From Felis catus (lineage: Eukaryota), in contig NC_058368.1 in NCBI RefSeq assembly GCF_018350175.1, positions 100,876,001-100,940,000 of the forward strand: a DNA stretch of 64,000 nucleotides, in the 5' to 3' direction. A program made the translations under genes and the position numbers. This document shows, one piece after another, positions 1 to 12,056 of the stretch. The notes beneath the pieces were generated by a model. That model did not search any database, was not told the DNA's origin, and saw nothing but the letters and a program-made list of their open reading frames with translations. How positions within the stretch are numbered: the first letter of the stretch is position 1; every line of letters begins with the position of its first letter.

Positions 1-1371
1 GGGCACGTTCAAGTGGGTGGAACATCTGCATTGCCTTGGAGGGAGGGGTGCGGAGGAGAGAACACCCATCACTGGCATCAGGTAAGGGTGGGATCCGAAG
101 CTCTGAAATCTTGTAACTTTGTGCAGAAGTCAACAGGGCGGCCTAGCATGTTTCCGAGCTGCCGAGCGACGTGGAAGTGAGGAGGTCATGCCGGTGAAGC
201 TTGGCTCGGTGTACGGGATGTTTCCATAGGGGGTTGGCTGGAGCCTCGTATTGGGCTGTCGCTGTGGCCTCGTCTAGGCTGGAGGGACGGGTAGATGATC
301 AGGATGGCAGTGTGGACCGGGACAGTGGCACAGGATGGACGTGAGGGAATCTGAAGAGAATGTCAGTGGGCTTCAGAAACTGTCTGCAATTGGCAGCTAA
401 CAGAAAAGGATGAATAAAAAAATAATTGAGTGGCCTCTGGCTCATTCTCCTTGCCTCTCCACGTGGCACCTGGTACCTGACACCCCTGAACTGCTCCCCG
501 CCTCCCTCAGCGCCTGGACGTCCCTGGTGCTCATGCCTCTGAGTCTCACATATTCCTGCCTCTCCTGTCATCCTAAAGCCTCTTCTGCTGCCCCAGCTGT
601 ACTTGATCAGCTGTGTTTGCTAGTTTCATTTACTTCCTCCTGGCAGCCAACACCTTTCTTCTTACTCCCTTGTCTTCAAGGCTGTAAACTTTGAAGGCTG
701 TAAACCTTGAGTGGGGATTCCCCATGGGACCCCACCCTGGCCATGCGTGAGGCATGGCAGCCACATGGATGTCCCCTCCATCAGGTGATGTTTGAGGCTC
801 ACCCTGAGTCCGGCTCTTCCTAGACAGGAAGGGCAGAGGGGAGAGAGAGCACACAGCAGAAGGATGGCCACTCAGGGAGGGTCTATGAACAGCCTCACCT
901 TCAGCCACATCTGCCTCGAGCAAGAATTTCTAGATAATGAGAGAACATCCTCCTTTGGACCAGGGTTGGGAGAATGGGCGGGGAGACCGGTGCCTCTTCC
1001 AAGTGCCTGGTTGATGCCCAGTGCACGGAAGCCCAGGGTAGGCGAGGCCACTGAGCGGTCGGGAGAGCGGTCGGCAGAGCATTGGAACGAGGGGGAGAAC
1101 AACCACGGAGGTGAGGCAGGACCTTGGGGGAGCAGCAGGAAGGGAACTCAGGGTCAGGTAAAGGCTTTCTCTCACTGGGAACACAGACAGTGAGTGTTTC
1201 AAGATCAAGAAGAGGCAAGGGTGTGAGAAAGGAGAGGGAATGAGTGGGAATGAGGCTTGGGGAGAAGAGGGGGCAAATGGCAGTTCTTAGAGTTACTCTT
1301 CCTGTCAGGTTACAGATGTGTGTTGAGGATTCAGCCTATATAAAGTTGGGGCTTCAGGGATAGGTTTAGAG

Positions 1372-1692
1372 CAGCGCTGTCTAGGAGAAATAGAATGTGA
1401 GCCACACAAGGATTTTACATTTTCTGGTAGCCATATTTTAAAAAAGGTAAAAAGAAAGAGGTGAAATGAACCGTACTAATATATTTCATTTCACCAAGTA
1501 AATCAAAGTATTATTTCAACATGTCAGCAATATAAAAGTTACTGATGAGACATTTTACATTATTTTTTTTGTAGTAATTCCTTAGATGTGGCATGTGTTT
1601 TACACTTACAGGACACCTCTCTCTCGGGACCAGGCACATTTCAGATGCCCAATGGCAACACATGGCGCATGCCACCATATTGGACAAGACAG
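1372..1692 (+). mobile_element. MER33-like hAT-Charlie non-autonomous DNA transposon
   Basis: Starts CAGCGCTGTC..AGAAATAGAATGTGAGCCAC and ends CCATATTGGACAAGACAG; imperfect 8-bp TSD gtttagag/atttaggg. Confidence 0.8.
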
Positions 1693-1810
1693 ATTTAGGG
1701 ACAAGGAGGGGTCCAGTTCACAGCAAAACCTCTAGTGAGGCAGGGGTAAAGCGCTCCACTCTGGGGAGCTGAAATCTCAAGTTTTAGCTTCTTCAGCTAC
1801 TGGTGAGAAT

Positions 1811-1926
1811 CTTTCTATTTTTAAGATTTTGTTTTGAAGTAATCTCTCTATCCAGTGTGGGGCTCGAACTCAAAACCTTGAGATTAGGAGTTGCGTGCTC
1901 TATCAACTGAGCCAGCAGGGTGCCCT
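1811..1926 (-). mobile_element. Short old tRNA-Lys-derived Can-SINE (no CT tract)
   Basis: A/B-box head on - strand; perfect 15-bp TSD gctactggtgagaat (1796-1810 / 1927-1941). Confidence 0.85.
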
Positions 1927-2089
1927 GCTACTGGTGAGAATTTAATCTCACTGTGTTTTGTATGTGTGGTCAACCTGGGTACCCTCCAGGCTCTTGGTTT
2001 CTACTCAGATGAGCCTGTGCTTGACTTGTGCACATGTAGGTGGGGCTGTGGAAATAGGAAGCAGTATTGAGGGGGCTCCAGTCCCTCTT

Positions 2090-2500
2090 TGGGCTCAGTT
2101 CCCAGCACCATCGTTTACCAGCTGTGAGTCATTGAGTGCATCAGGTACCTTTCTGTGCCTCAGTTTCCTGATCTCTAAAATGGGGATAACAGGAGCGCCT
2201 GGGTGGCTTAGTGGGTTAAGTGTATGACTTCGGCTCAGGTCATGATCTCATGGTTTGTGAGTTGGAGCCCCATGTTGGGCTCTGTGCTGACAGCTCGGGG
2301 CCTGGAGCCTGGTTTGGATTCTGTGTCTCCCTCACTCTCTGCTCCTGCCCTGCTCACACTCTGTCTCTGCCTCTCAAAAAGTGAATAAACATTAAAAATA
2401 TATATATTTAAAAATACGTAAATAAAACGGGGATAGCAATCACAAATTTTATTCTAGGAAATTCTGTATTTACCATCAGAGTTGTTGTAAGAATTACATG
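2090..2500 (+). mobile_element. MIR remnant interrupted by a Can-SINE
   Basis: MIR core ctgtgcctcagtttcctgatctctaaaatggggataa; resumes as agagttgttgtaagaatta after the SINE. Confidence 0.65.
2192..2422 (+). mobile_element. Can-SINE (feliform type)
   Basis: Head, CT tract and A-rich tail; TSD taaaatggggataaca/taaaacggggatagca. Confidence 0.92.
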
Positions 2501-2540
2501 TGGATGGCTGACCCACTTATTGCTTAACAAATTAAAAAAA

Positions 2541-2758
2541 ATTTTTTTACCATTTTTATTCATTTTTGAGAGACAGAACACTAGCAGGGTAAGGGCAGAG
2601 AGAGAGAGAGATGGAGACACAGAATCCGAACAGGCTCCAGGCTCTGAGCTGTCAGCACAGAGCCCGACGCAGGACGCAGGGTTCGAACCCGCAAGCCATG
2701 AGATCATGACCTGAGGCCAAGGTCAGACACTTAACCGACTGAGCCACCCAGGCGTCCC
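2541..2758 (-). mobile_element. Can-SINE
   Basis: Antisense copy ending gagccacccaggcgtccc. Confidence 0.92.
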
Positions 2759-3262
2759 TACTTCACAAATAAATTTTAAAAGAAGGTATTTAGATGACTT
2801 TGTCTGAGTCCACGTTCATCATTGTTACAGATCAAAAAAAGAAACTTTTCTCAGGACTAGAACTTTATGAAATGTTATTTGAGCCTGTATTTTAAACACA
2901 AACCTGCGTCCTTTAATCTTGGACTTTACTTTGGAAAAATATGAAAATACAAAGTTTTACATCTAGTCAATTAAAATATCTGGAGCAGTGATCAACACAG
3001 TGTTCTTAGGATATGCCTTCGGTGAGTGTCTTTCACCTGTGGAACAGCACTCTAGAATCTGAGACCCTGGGGTTTCTCAGAAGTGCGCTGTGGACACAAG
3101 GCAGCTTGGTTCCGATTGTATCCCAAGTTGGAAAAACTTTTTCATTAAGAATATCTGAACGAAGAGGCTGGTGAACAGAGTCGGCGACGAGGGGGATGGG
3201 AGCAAGGGATTTGCTGTGGAAACCTGTAACAGTTACCGCTCACGTGCCCTTTATCTGTCAGT

Positions 3263-3308
3263 CGGTGTCCCATTGTTCAAACGAGCGGTGTCCCATTGTT
3301 CACACGAG
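3263..3308. repeat. 23-bp tandem duplication (1 mismatch)
   Basis: cggtgtcccattgttcaaacgag / cggtgtcccattgttcacacgag. Confidence 0.95.
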
Positions 3309-4247
3309 CGTTGACAGTCACCGCAGCCCTGGAGCGCATCCCTGAGGGAGGGCCCGGCCACCCACCTGCCGGCTTGTGTCCAGCTCAACCCTTCCCACTG
3401 GGCCCAAAGTTGACTTTCGCCTATAAAAGTGGAAAATGGGCCTGATAAAAATGTTTAGTCTGCAGGGCCTCGTTTTATTTATCATATCAGAAAAGAACAA
3501 TGTTGTGTGGTGTCGTGGTCAAAATAGAAGCCGACCTTGCTTGTTCACAAAAGCTCAACTCCTGGAGATAAGGGGGGCAAAATAATAGAGTACAGTGTAA
3601 GGAGTAGAGTGTAATTATTTGTAGCTTGTCAAGTGAAGCCCTTTCAAGCCCCAAGTGATTCAAATCTGGGAACTCTGCACAATTGGGCAAACTAACCACA
3701 GCCAGCATCAGAGAAATCTCTCCCGGCCCACAGACAGCACTGAAATTGCATCAGTTTGTCATGTACTCAGCATGCCAGCCTCACACAATATCATTTGGTT
3801 GCAAATGGGCCTGCCCCCAAAGCCCTGAAAGTCTGTGGTATCTGACTCTTGGCCTGTGATTTGTCATGTCCCGGCTGCTATCAGTGCTCAGTAATTTTAA
3901 TAGGTTCTGATGGTTTCCTCGTAGAAACACAGGATGCATCTGGTTTGGGCATAGGACGTGGGAGAGACTCTGCTGGCTAAAGACAACAGGAGCGTGTGCA
4001 GAGAAACTGGATATTCATTTTACCTCATTAAAAGTTGGTTTTAGGTTATAAGGTTGTGTTTTCTGAATTAAAAAAAAAGAAAGAAAGAAAGAAACCTCCC
4101 TGCATAGTTTAATAGCTATAACGCATACTGCGTGTTTTTGTCATTAAAGCGGTTACCTCCTTGGGAATGTATTGGCATCCATCTCGACGTTTAGAAATCA
4201 CAGTTGTAAGTATGGAATCTGTCACACACAATACTTTATTGAGCCCC

Positions 4248-4400
4248 TTCCTCCTCAAAACATGGCCCAACGATCACCACCAGGGTTGGGAGCTTGTGAG
4301 AACACAGAGTCTCAGGTCCCAGCCCACACCTACCGGAATCGACGTTCTCACAAGATCGCCAAGGGGTGTGCATGAGCATTAGATACAGTTTGAGAAGCTG
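4248..4400 (+). mobile_element. MER5A-family hAT-Charlie MITE, degraded
   Basis: tgggagcttgtgagaacacagagtctcaggtcccagcccacacctac...acaagatc...agtttgagaagc resembles MER5A1. Confidence 0.6.
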
Positions 4401-4417
4401 AGAAGAAACTCAGGCTT

Positions 4418-4647
4418 AGAGCACAGGCTTTGGAGTCTGAGAGAGGTGTGTTTAAAGTCCATCTTTGTGACTGTATGTTTGGCTCTGGGTCAGTTCTGTC
4501 AGTTGCCCATTCCCATCTGAGCAGGGATTGCATAACTGCATCATACGGGTCTTTTGATGATTCAGTTCAACAATGAATATGCAGAGACAGAAAGGTCTCT
4601 TCCTGTACCTCAATCAGTGCTTGGCATGGGGAAAGTGTGCCATAAAG
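4418..4647 (+). mobile_element. MIR remnant
   Basis: agagcacaggctttggagtc... cagtgcttggcatggggaaagtg. Confidence 0.55.
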
Positions 4648-4826
4648 GAAAGAGGTATAGTGGTGCCTCCAGGGGCTTTACCTTGAGAGCGTGACGTTTG
4701 ATCTAAGTGGGAAATAATTCACTTGCAAGTAATTTCCACCCTACAGGGATTATCAACGTTGTAGATGAACTGTAGCTGAGTGTGGCTGCATTTAGTGGCC
4801 CTCCATACGTAATCACTTATCTTGTT

Positions 4827-5017
4827 TTATTTATTTTCGGAGAGAGAGAGCTCATGAGCAGGGAAGGGGCAGAGAGAGGGGGAGAGAGGATCCCAAGCAG
4901 GCCCTACGCTGTCAGCACAGAGCCCGACACAGGGATCAGACTCACGAACCACGAGATAATGACCTGAGCCAAAATCAAGAGTCTGACGCTCAACCGACTG
5001 ACCCATCTAGGCACCCC
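4827..5017 (-). mobile_element. Can-SINE
   Basis: TSD tcacttatcttgtt (4813-4826 / 5020-5033). Confidence 0.92.
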
Positions 5018-5193
5018 AGTCACTTATCTTGTTGACCTTTGTCCCATGGCATTATCCTATCATGATCTAGAATATATAGTAGAGCCATGGACAATGCCTG
5101 CTGCCTGAAGAGGTGTGTAAAATGCACCTGCTGACTCCTGGAGTTGGGGCTCAGTACCATCTCAGCATCTGCAGGTTCTGTTTCCAGAGCCCT

Positions 5194-5242
5194 CTCCTGG
5201 CCTCCTGGCCTCCTGGCCTCCTGGCCTCCTGGTCCTGGCCTC
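5194..5242. repeat. (CCTCCTGG)n octamer tandem repeat, ~5-6 units
   Basis: Read directly from the sequence. Confidence 0.9.
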
Positions 5243-6766
5243 GTGTGGAAGAAACTCTTGCCCTTGCCCCTGTGTGCTGTGTACCAGTCCCACTCTGGGT
5301 GCTCAGGGCTCTCTCTGTTCCCAATACCTCCTGATTGTCACAGGCATTTTTTCCTAGTATGGACCTGTGGCAGGCAGGGGGCGGGGCGGGGAGGAGGAAT
5401 ACAGACACAAAAATTAACAGCTACATATAACACAACTTTTTTTTTTTCTTGAAAAACTCTATTTTCCTCTTTTTTCCTGTTTTTTTTTCTCTTGTGATAA
5501 ATCTCTTCGTCTCTGTAAATGTAAAATTTTCAGCTCACAGGCTTTTAAAATGAGGAACAACAGCATACAAATTTAGTTAGTTGAGCCACTGAAACATAGA
5601 ATTTATTTCCATATCTGAAGTAGTTAAGGAATTGGGGGTGGGAGGATATCTATGGAGAAACGGGTGGGCCAGGAACTGGGGAATGCTGGGCTGAGAGACA
5701 GAGGCATGGCGAGTAGGAGTGGGTATTACAGATCAAGGGCCAGGGGAAGTGGATCACAGAGCAGGGAGTGTACAGGCTGAATGGCAGGAGCATCTCGGGT
5801 ACTGCAGTTAGGTCGGTCATTGTCAGCGTGCTTAGCGTGTTTCAGTAGGTAGGAGAGAACTCTTAGTCAACTCACGTTCTCATCCTGAAATAACATGGGA
5901 AAACTTGCATGTATGTATGTTTCCACAGAGGTCCCCAGATTTTCATATCCGTGACCCCAAGAAGAGTTGAGAATCAGTCCAGATCCCAGGTCCAAACCAC
6001 CTTCCTGTCGAAGAGGAAGCTGTTCACTGAGTTAATTTGTGTTTCCTTTTCTGTTAAGCCCTGTTATTAACGTAGTGCTACCTTTCTGTATTTGCTCATG
6101 GGTTAGTATCTGGTTAAGTCTCCTGATGTGTCTTAAAATGAATAAACGGCATGTTTTCCTGAGTATTCCTTTTTTTTTTTTCTTTTCACATTTCAAGCTG
6201 ACTTGATTAATTGGTTGCTTCCATGATGGTTAGCTCCTGCCATAACTCTGTGAACTTCTATTAATGTCTGGCCATTGCATTAAAGTGTTAATGCATCCAG
6301 GAAGCTTTCAGAACTGTCAGAAATGTATTACTCAAGATGGTCACATCATTGATTCTTAGGTCGGAACTTTGCTTGGATGGATTGATAAATATTTTCTGTG
6401 GCAGCGTCATCGGTTCTGTGGAAAAAGCAGACTTAGTGTCAGAGTGCTAATGAACACTACTTGATTTATTCAGTTGAATGTATAAACGTCCATTTTAACT
6501 TATGAAATTAAGATTTGGAAGTGTTAGGTAGGAAACACATTTTCTAACTTTTCCTTGGGCTTCTGTAGGAATAAGTTGGTGTCGAATGAATTATGGACCG
6601 TTTGTCTACTTATTATTGCTGTATTGAATCAGCCTCAGTTGTTTCTTTATCTGACAAAACATATGTCAGACAATTCATTTCTCTCAGTCAAGTCTCTATT
6701 CAGTAATTACAGCCTCAACAGCAGTTAACTCACCTTAAACCTAAATAATAGGGAATAAGCCATAGA

Positions 6767-6870
6767 GGGGTGCCTGGCTGGCTCATTTGGTAGAGCATGC
6801 GACTCTTGATCTCAGGATTGTGAGTTCGAGCCCCACCTTGGGCAGGGAGCCTACTTAAAAAATAAAATTA
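6767..6870 (+). mobile_element. Short old tRNA-Lys-derived Can-SINE
   Basis: ggggtgcctggctggctca...gttcgagccccac...A-tail; a second SINE follows in its tail. Confidence 0.85.
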
Positions 6871-7085
6871 GGGGCTCCTGGGTGGCTCAGTCGGTTGGTC
6901 GGCCGACTACAGCTCAGGTCATGATCTCAGAGTCCGTGAGTTCAAGCCCCGCATCGGGCTCCATGCTGACAGCTCAGAGCCTGGAGCCTGTTTCTGATTC
7001 TGTGTCTCCTTCCCTCTCTGCCCCTTCCCTGCTTGCTCTCTGTCTCTCTCTTTGTCTCAAAAATAATAAGCATTAAAAAAATTAA
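6871..7085 (+). mobile_element. Can-SINE inserted in the tail of the previous SINE
   Basis: Full head, CT tract and tail; degraded outer TSD ataagccatagag/ataagcagtagag brackets both elements. Confidence 0.9.
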
Positions 7086-7499
7086 AGAGCATAAGCAGTA
7101 GAGACTGCCAAGCATGTCAGGTCAGGATTAAGGGGAAGATTCTGACTGAAGGGTGGAGAAGGGGTGTGAGATGGGAGAGCAGGCGTCAAGGAGTGGGACA
7201 CCCGGGTGGTTACCTGGAGCAAAGAGCATCTCCCTGCTGTGGCGTCCGTGTTCACCTGGAAGGTTTGGAGCCCCTCTGAATGGGTAGCTACAGATTTACA
7301 CCCATCTTCTGCAGAAAACCGAATACTTTTGTACCAGCACTTCTCCTTCTGACAGTTGTACCCTGTAGGCTCACATATTCCCACACCTCCACTGGCCGTG
7401 TCAGAAACATTTTTGCTTTTTTTGTGGAAAAGGACATATTTGAAATGGCAGTCGTTTAAACTGTTTAGAAGTGAACAGGTCAAAGGGTTCAGTTTGTAT

Positions 7500-7695
7500 T
7501 TTTTTTTGAAGCTTATGTATTTATTTTGAGAGAGAGAGTACAAGAGGAGCAGGGAGAGAGGAGACAGAATCCCAAGCTGGCTCCGCATGTCAGCACAGAG
7601 CCTGACGTGGGGGCTTGAACTCACAAACTGTGAGATCGTGACCTGAGCCGAAATCAAGATCCTGACGCTTACAGACTGAGCCTCCCAGGTGCCCC
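7500..7695 (-). mobile_element. Can-SINE
   Basis: Antisense copy with typical head and T-rich tail. Confidence 0.9.
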
Positions 7696-8177
7696 AAGAT
7701 TTCAATTTTTAGAAAGCCCAAGTGAAGGGTTGGCCTTGAATAGAGGGAGGGTCTCGCTTTGTGAGAGTAAAAGGAAAAGAGGCTGGATTTGTGGGGATGG
7801 ATGACAGTACGTCAGTAACCAGACCACCGTATTGGGTGTCTCTGCCTCCCTACTTGTGCTCTGCCTCCTCTTCTCAAGCTTAGTGTCTATGTTCCGGCTG
7901 GACTAGACCCCTGTCGCTCACAGGCTGGCCCAAGGTGCCCAGGGCCCCCAGGCCCCTCCTGTTCCACGGTCCTTCCACTTGTGGACTTGGAGTCCCTTGC
8001 AACCTCTTGCTCATTTTATATCATCCTGTTTTGTGCATGCTCCGAGAATCATGCTTTTCTCCTTCATTTCTCTATGATGCCTTCCTATCTGTGACAGTTC
8101 TAGGCCAGTTGAGAGTACCCGTTCTCATTTTCGAATGTGGACATGGATTTGTTATTTTAAAATATGAACATCTATTA

Positions 8178-8630
8178 GAGGCGCCCGGGTGGCTCAGTCG
8201 GCTGAGCGTCCGACTTCGGCTCAGGTCATGATCTCGCAGTTCGTGAGTTTGAGCCCGGTGTTGGGCTCTGTGCTGACAGCTCAGAGCCTGGAGCCTGCTT
8301 CGGATTCTGTGTCACCCTCTCTCTCTGCCCCATCCCCACTCATGCTCTGTCTGTCTCTATGTTGAAAGTAAATAAGACATTAACAAATTTTTTTTTTCAA
8401 CGTTTATTTATTTTTGGGACAGAGAGAGACAGAGCATGAACGGGGGAGGGGCAGAGAGAGAGGGAGACATAGAATCGGAAACAGGCTCCAGGCTCTGAGC
8501 CATCAGACCAGAGCCTGACGCGGGGCTCGAACTCACGGACCGTGAGATCGTGACCTGGTTGAAGTCGGACGCTTAACCGACTGCGCCACCCAGGTGCCCA
8601 AGACATTAACAAATTTTTTAAAAATAAAAC
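8178..8630 (+). mobile_element. Can-SINE (outer), tail interrupted by an antisense SINE
   Basis: Perfect 18-bp TSD aaaatatgaacatctatt (8159-8176 / 8631-8648). Confidence 0.92.
8394..8599 (-). mobile_element. Young feline-type Can-SINE nested in the outer SINE tail
   Basis: TSD aagacattaacaaatttttt (8374-8393 / 8600-8619); diagnostic ctgcgccacc, gccatcag, tgggacag and caacgttt motifs. Confidence 0.93.
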
Positions 8631-8822
8631 AAAATATGAACATCTATTCAATCTATTCATGCCAAAACACCACACCAGGTGTTGTGGGCAGTTAAATAAT
8701 TCAGTCCCATGAACTTGAAAGGAAATTTGCAAAGATTATTTGATTTAAGTTAGTCCTCTGTCCCACCCTGTGGGCACAAATAATCGGTAATGGTTTATTT
8801 CTTGTAGAGATCGTAAGGGTGT

Positions 8823-8826
<4 letters not shown>

Positions 8827-8864
<38 letters not shown>
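8827..8864. repeat. (TG)n microsatellite, ~19 units
   Basis: Read directly from the sequence. Confidence 0.97.
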
Positions 8865-8867
<3 letters not shown>

Positions 8868-8958
8868 GGGGATATTTTACACATTGTAAGATTGAGAATT
8901 TTACTCAGTCTTAGAGAAAAATACTTAAAAAATGAATGTTTTAAAAATAATGAGCTTA

Positions 8959-9195
8959 GGGCACCTGGGTGGCTCAGTTGGTTGAGCGTCTGACTTCAAC
9001 TCAGGTCATGATCTCACAGTCCGTGACTTCGAGCCCCACTTCAGGCTCTGTGCTGACAGCTCGGGGCCTGGAGCCTGCTTCGGATTCTGTGCCTCCTCTC
9101 TCTCTGTCCCTCCCCATCTTGTGCTCTGTCTCCCTCTGTCTCTCAAAAAACAAAATAAAACGTTAAAATTTTTTTTAAATAAATATAAATAAAAA
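8959..9195 (+). mobile_element. Can-SINE
   Basis: Head, CT tract and A-rich tail. Confidence 0.9.
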
Positions 9196-9804
9196 GAATT
9201 AGCTTATTTAATACGTGACATTTAACGACATAAATTCTGTAAAATACAAATTTAATAAAACCATGGTATTTCTTGTTCTGGGGGGAAAAAGCACAAAAAA
9301 CAAAACAAATATATATAATGTAATTTTGGGGAATTCAGGGCAGAGGAGAAGCCTGAGCCTGTACTCAGCCTACCAACTTCACCTTGTACCAAGCAGGTCT
9401 TCCTTAACCCTGTGTCCTGACCTAAATGGATGAGTGGGCAGTTAAGAAATCAATGGGTTTTAAGGACAGAGGTTTGGGGGATTCTGCGTTTTGGAAAAAT
9501 AAAAGTAAAGGTGCTGAAATAGAACTAGATATAGTGTGTGCGAGAGGATGGGAGGGTGAGGTTCTGAGCAAGGGGTAGGTCTCAAAAGTTTCAGGAGCAT
9601 GGTTGCAGGTGAGGATGAGTGTAAGGAAATGCTAGAACGTCATGGTTGACAGCTTAGACTTGACTTCAAGTAGACTACAGATATTTAGTTGATGAGTGAC
9701 ATTGGGAAAGCATTATAGTAATTTACATAGGCCTTTATAGAAGAAAATCAATGGTTTAGTACAGTGGTTCCTTCACTTTGATTACTAACACATTTCCCCC
9801 ATTT

Positions 9805-10028
9805 CATTTCATTTTATTTTATTTTATTTTATTTATTTTATTTTATTTTAATTTTATTTATTTTTTTGAAGTTTATTTTGAGAGAGTGAGAGTGAGTAAG
9901 AGTGTGAGGTGGGGAGGGGCAGAGAGAGGGTGAGAGAGAATGCCAAGCAGGCTCTGCCCGATTTGAGGCTGGAACCCACAAACCGTGAGGTCATAACCTG
10001 AGCTGAAATCAAGAGTCCCTATTTAACC
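9805..10028 (-). mobile_element. Can-SINE with (TTTTA)n tail
   Basis: Antisense copy ending gactgagccacccatgtgcc. Confidence 0.88.
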
Positions 10029-10814
10029 GACTGAGCCACCCATGTGCCTTTCCATTCCAATTTGTGTTTTCTGATCGTTAGGTTCAGCCTCATTCCTGCC
10101 TCTTTCTCCTTTCCTGTGTTCTATTGGATGGATTGTTTTTTATATCTCTCCTTTCCATGTACCTCCCCAGACATTTTGCAAGCTATAAATTTTAGAATAT
10201 TTAGCATTAAAAATTTAACATTTATCCTTTGTTGTATATATTTCCAATAACCTTTAAAATTCATCATTATTTTTTATCTTTCTCCTGAGTAAAGCAAGAA
10301 CCTTAGCACACCTTAAAAATTATACCCCCGATTCCATTTCTCTTTATATTAGTTGGTGGGAGGGGAGGTGAAAATCTAGAATTCTTGTTCACATTTTTAA
10401 ATGGAATTATTTTAACAAGCATTTTGTCAGTATTTGTACTTTTTTCTTACATCCCAGTTTTTCCCTCTGAATTCACATTTTATTTGCTGTGAAATATAGT
10501 TCCTTTAATTTTAAACAAGGATCTCTGATGATAAACATTAATAGAATAAAAAAGGAAAAAAAGGTCTTAATTTTGCTTATACTCTCTTGGTTGATGGTTT
10601 AGCTCCATTCAGAAGCCTAAGGTGACAGTATTATTTTATCAGGACTTTGAATATATTTCTTAGTTATCTTATGCATGTTTTGTTGCTGATAAAGTCTGTA
10701 GTCAGCCTAAGTGTCATTTAGCTGTAAATAATCAGATTTTCTCTCTAATGGCTTTTGAAATTTTTCTCCTCATCTTTGCTGTTCAGCATTTTCAATACAG
10801 TATGTCTAGGAGGT

Positions 10815-11196
10815 TATTTATTTATTTCTAAGTTTATTTCTTTTGAGAGAGAGTGGGGGAAGGGCAGGGAGAGAGGGAGAATTCCCATGCAGGCTCTGCA
10901 CTGTCAGCCCAGAGCCTGACGCAGGGCTCAGACCCATGAACGGCGAGATTATGACCTGAGCCACCATCAAAAGTCGGATGCTCATGGGGCGCCTGGGAGG
11001 CTCAGTCGGTTACATGTCCAACTTCAGCTCAGGTCTGTGCTGACAGCTTGGAGCCGGGAGCCTGCTTCGGGTTCTGTGTCTCCCTCTCTCTGCCCCTCCC
11101 CCACTCATGCTCTGTCTCTCTGTCTCTCTCTCAAATAAATAAACGTTTAAAAAAAAAAAAGATGCTCAACTGACGACTGAGCCATCCAGCTGCCCC
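10815..11196 (-). mobile_element. Can-SINE (outer), split by a sense SINE
   Basis: Body runs to ...aagtcggatgctca (10984); head resumes gatgctcaactg...gccatccagctgcccc at 11161. Confidence 0.85.
10986..11160 (+). mobile_element. Can-SINE nested in the opposite-strand SINE; internal deletion removes the B box
   Basis: Duplicated gatgctca flanks; junction ctcaggtc|tgtgctgacagc lacks the atgatctc...gttcgagcccc segment. Confidence 0.85.
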
Positions 11197-11594
11197 GAGA
11201 ATTTATATATCCTTATTCTTTGTACACTTGACAATTTACATTTCATTCTGAGACTCATGTCTTTATTGACTTCTGGGTGATTTTTTGCCCTCAGAATGAC
11301 TTTTAGATGTATACAGGGGCTTCTCAGTCTGTCCTTCACACCCTTCTGTTACTCTTTCATGCTTTCATGTCCTGTTTGGATTTCTCTTCCACACCAACAG
11401 TGATCTTTTCATTGTTGCCTAATCTCTTGCTAAACCGACACACTGAGTTCTTAACTTCACTGATGGTGTTTATCATACCTAGGTTTTCATATTTGGTCCT
11501 TTTTCATGCCTACCTATGTAAGTTTCATTTGATGTGCTTTTGTATGTTATTTTATTTTAATTCCGACGTGCTTTTGTTTGATGCTTTTTTATCT

Positions 11595-11809
11595 TAAAAA
11601 AAATGTAATGTTTATTCATTTTTGAGAGAGAGAGAGAGAGAACATGAGCAGAGTAGGGGCAGAGAGAGAGGGAGACACAGAATCTGAAGCGGGTTCCAGG
11701 CTCTGAGCCGTCAGCACAGAACCTGATGTGGGGCTCGAACCCACAAACCATGACATCATGACCTGAGCCAAAGTCTGACGCTTAACTGACTGAGCCATCC
11801 AGGGGCCTC
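11595..11809 (-). mobile_element. Can-SINE
   Basis: Antisense full copy. Confidence 0.9.
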
Positions 11810-11819
11810 TTGGTGATGC

Positions 11820-12056
11820 TAATTTTGACCGCTTGGTTAGGTGTTGGTGGTTTTCATTGTTGAATATTTACTAGTTTTTCCTTTTGTAATTAGTAAAGTC
11901 ACATTTGGAGAGACAGTTTGAGATTATATAAATACTCTGTTCCTGATCAAATGTTTCCTCCCTGAGTCAACATCCTTGGGCAATTCTTGCCTGAATAAGT
12001 TTTGACTGTGATGTTGGCAAAGTGGACATTTTCAGACTCCGTCACTCCTTCTCCAT
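11820..12056 (-). mobile_element. Old L1MC-like 3' end fragment
   Basis: aattttgaccgcttggtta...tttgagattatataaatactctgttcctgatcaaa...ttcttgcctgaat resembles L1MC4/5 3' ends. Confidence 0.55.

Larger units (their letters stand above)
10050..11570 (-). mobile_element. Old L1 (L1M-type) ORF1-region fragments, interrupted by SINEs
   Basis: T-rich strand with tgttgctgataaagtctg..., ttctctctaatggcttttgaaattt...agtatgtctagg, typical of antisense ancient L1 5' regions. Confidence 0.5.

Noticed and set aside
299..1218. Cluster of overlapping 70-133 aa ORFs at the window start
   Set aside because: Expected in GC-richer sequence; no recognisable protein similarity or exon structure.
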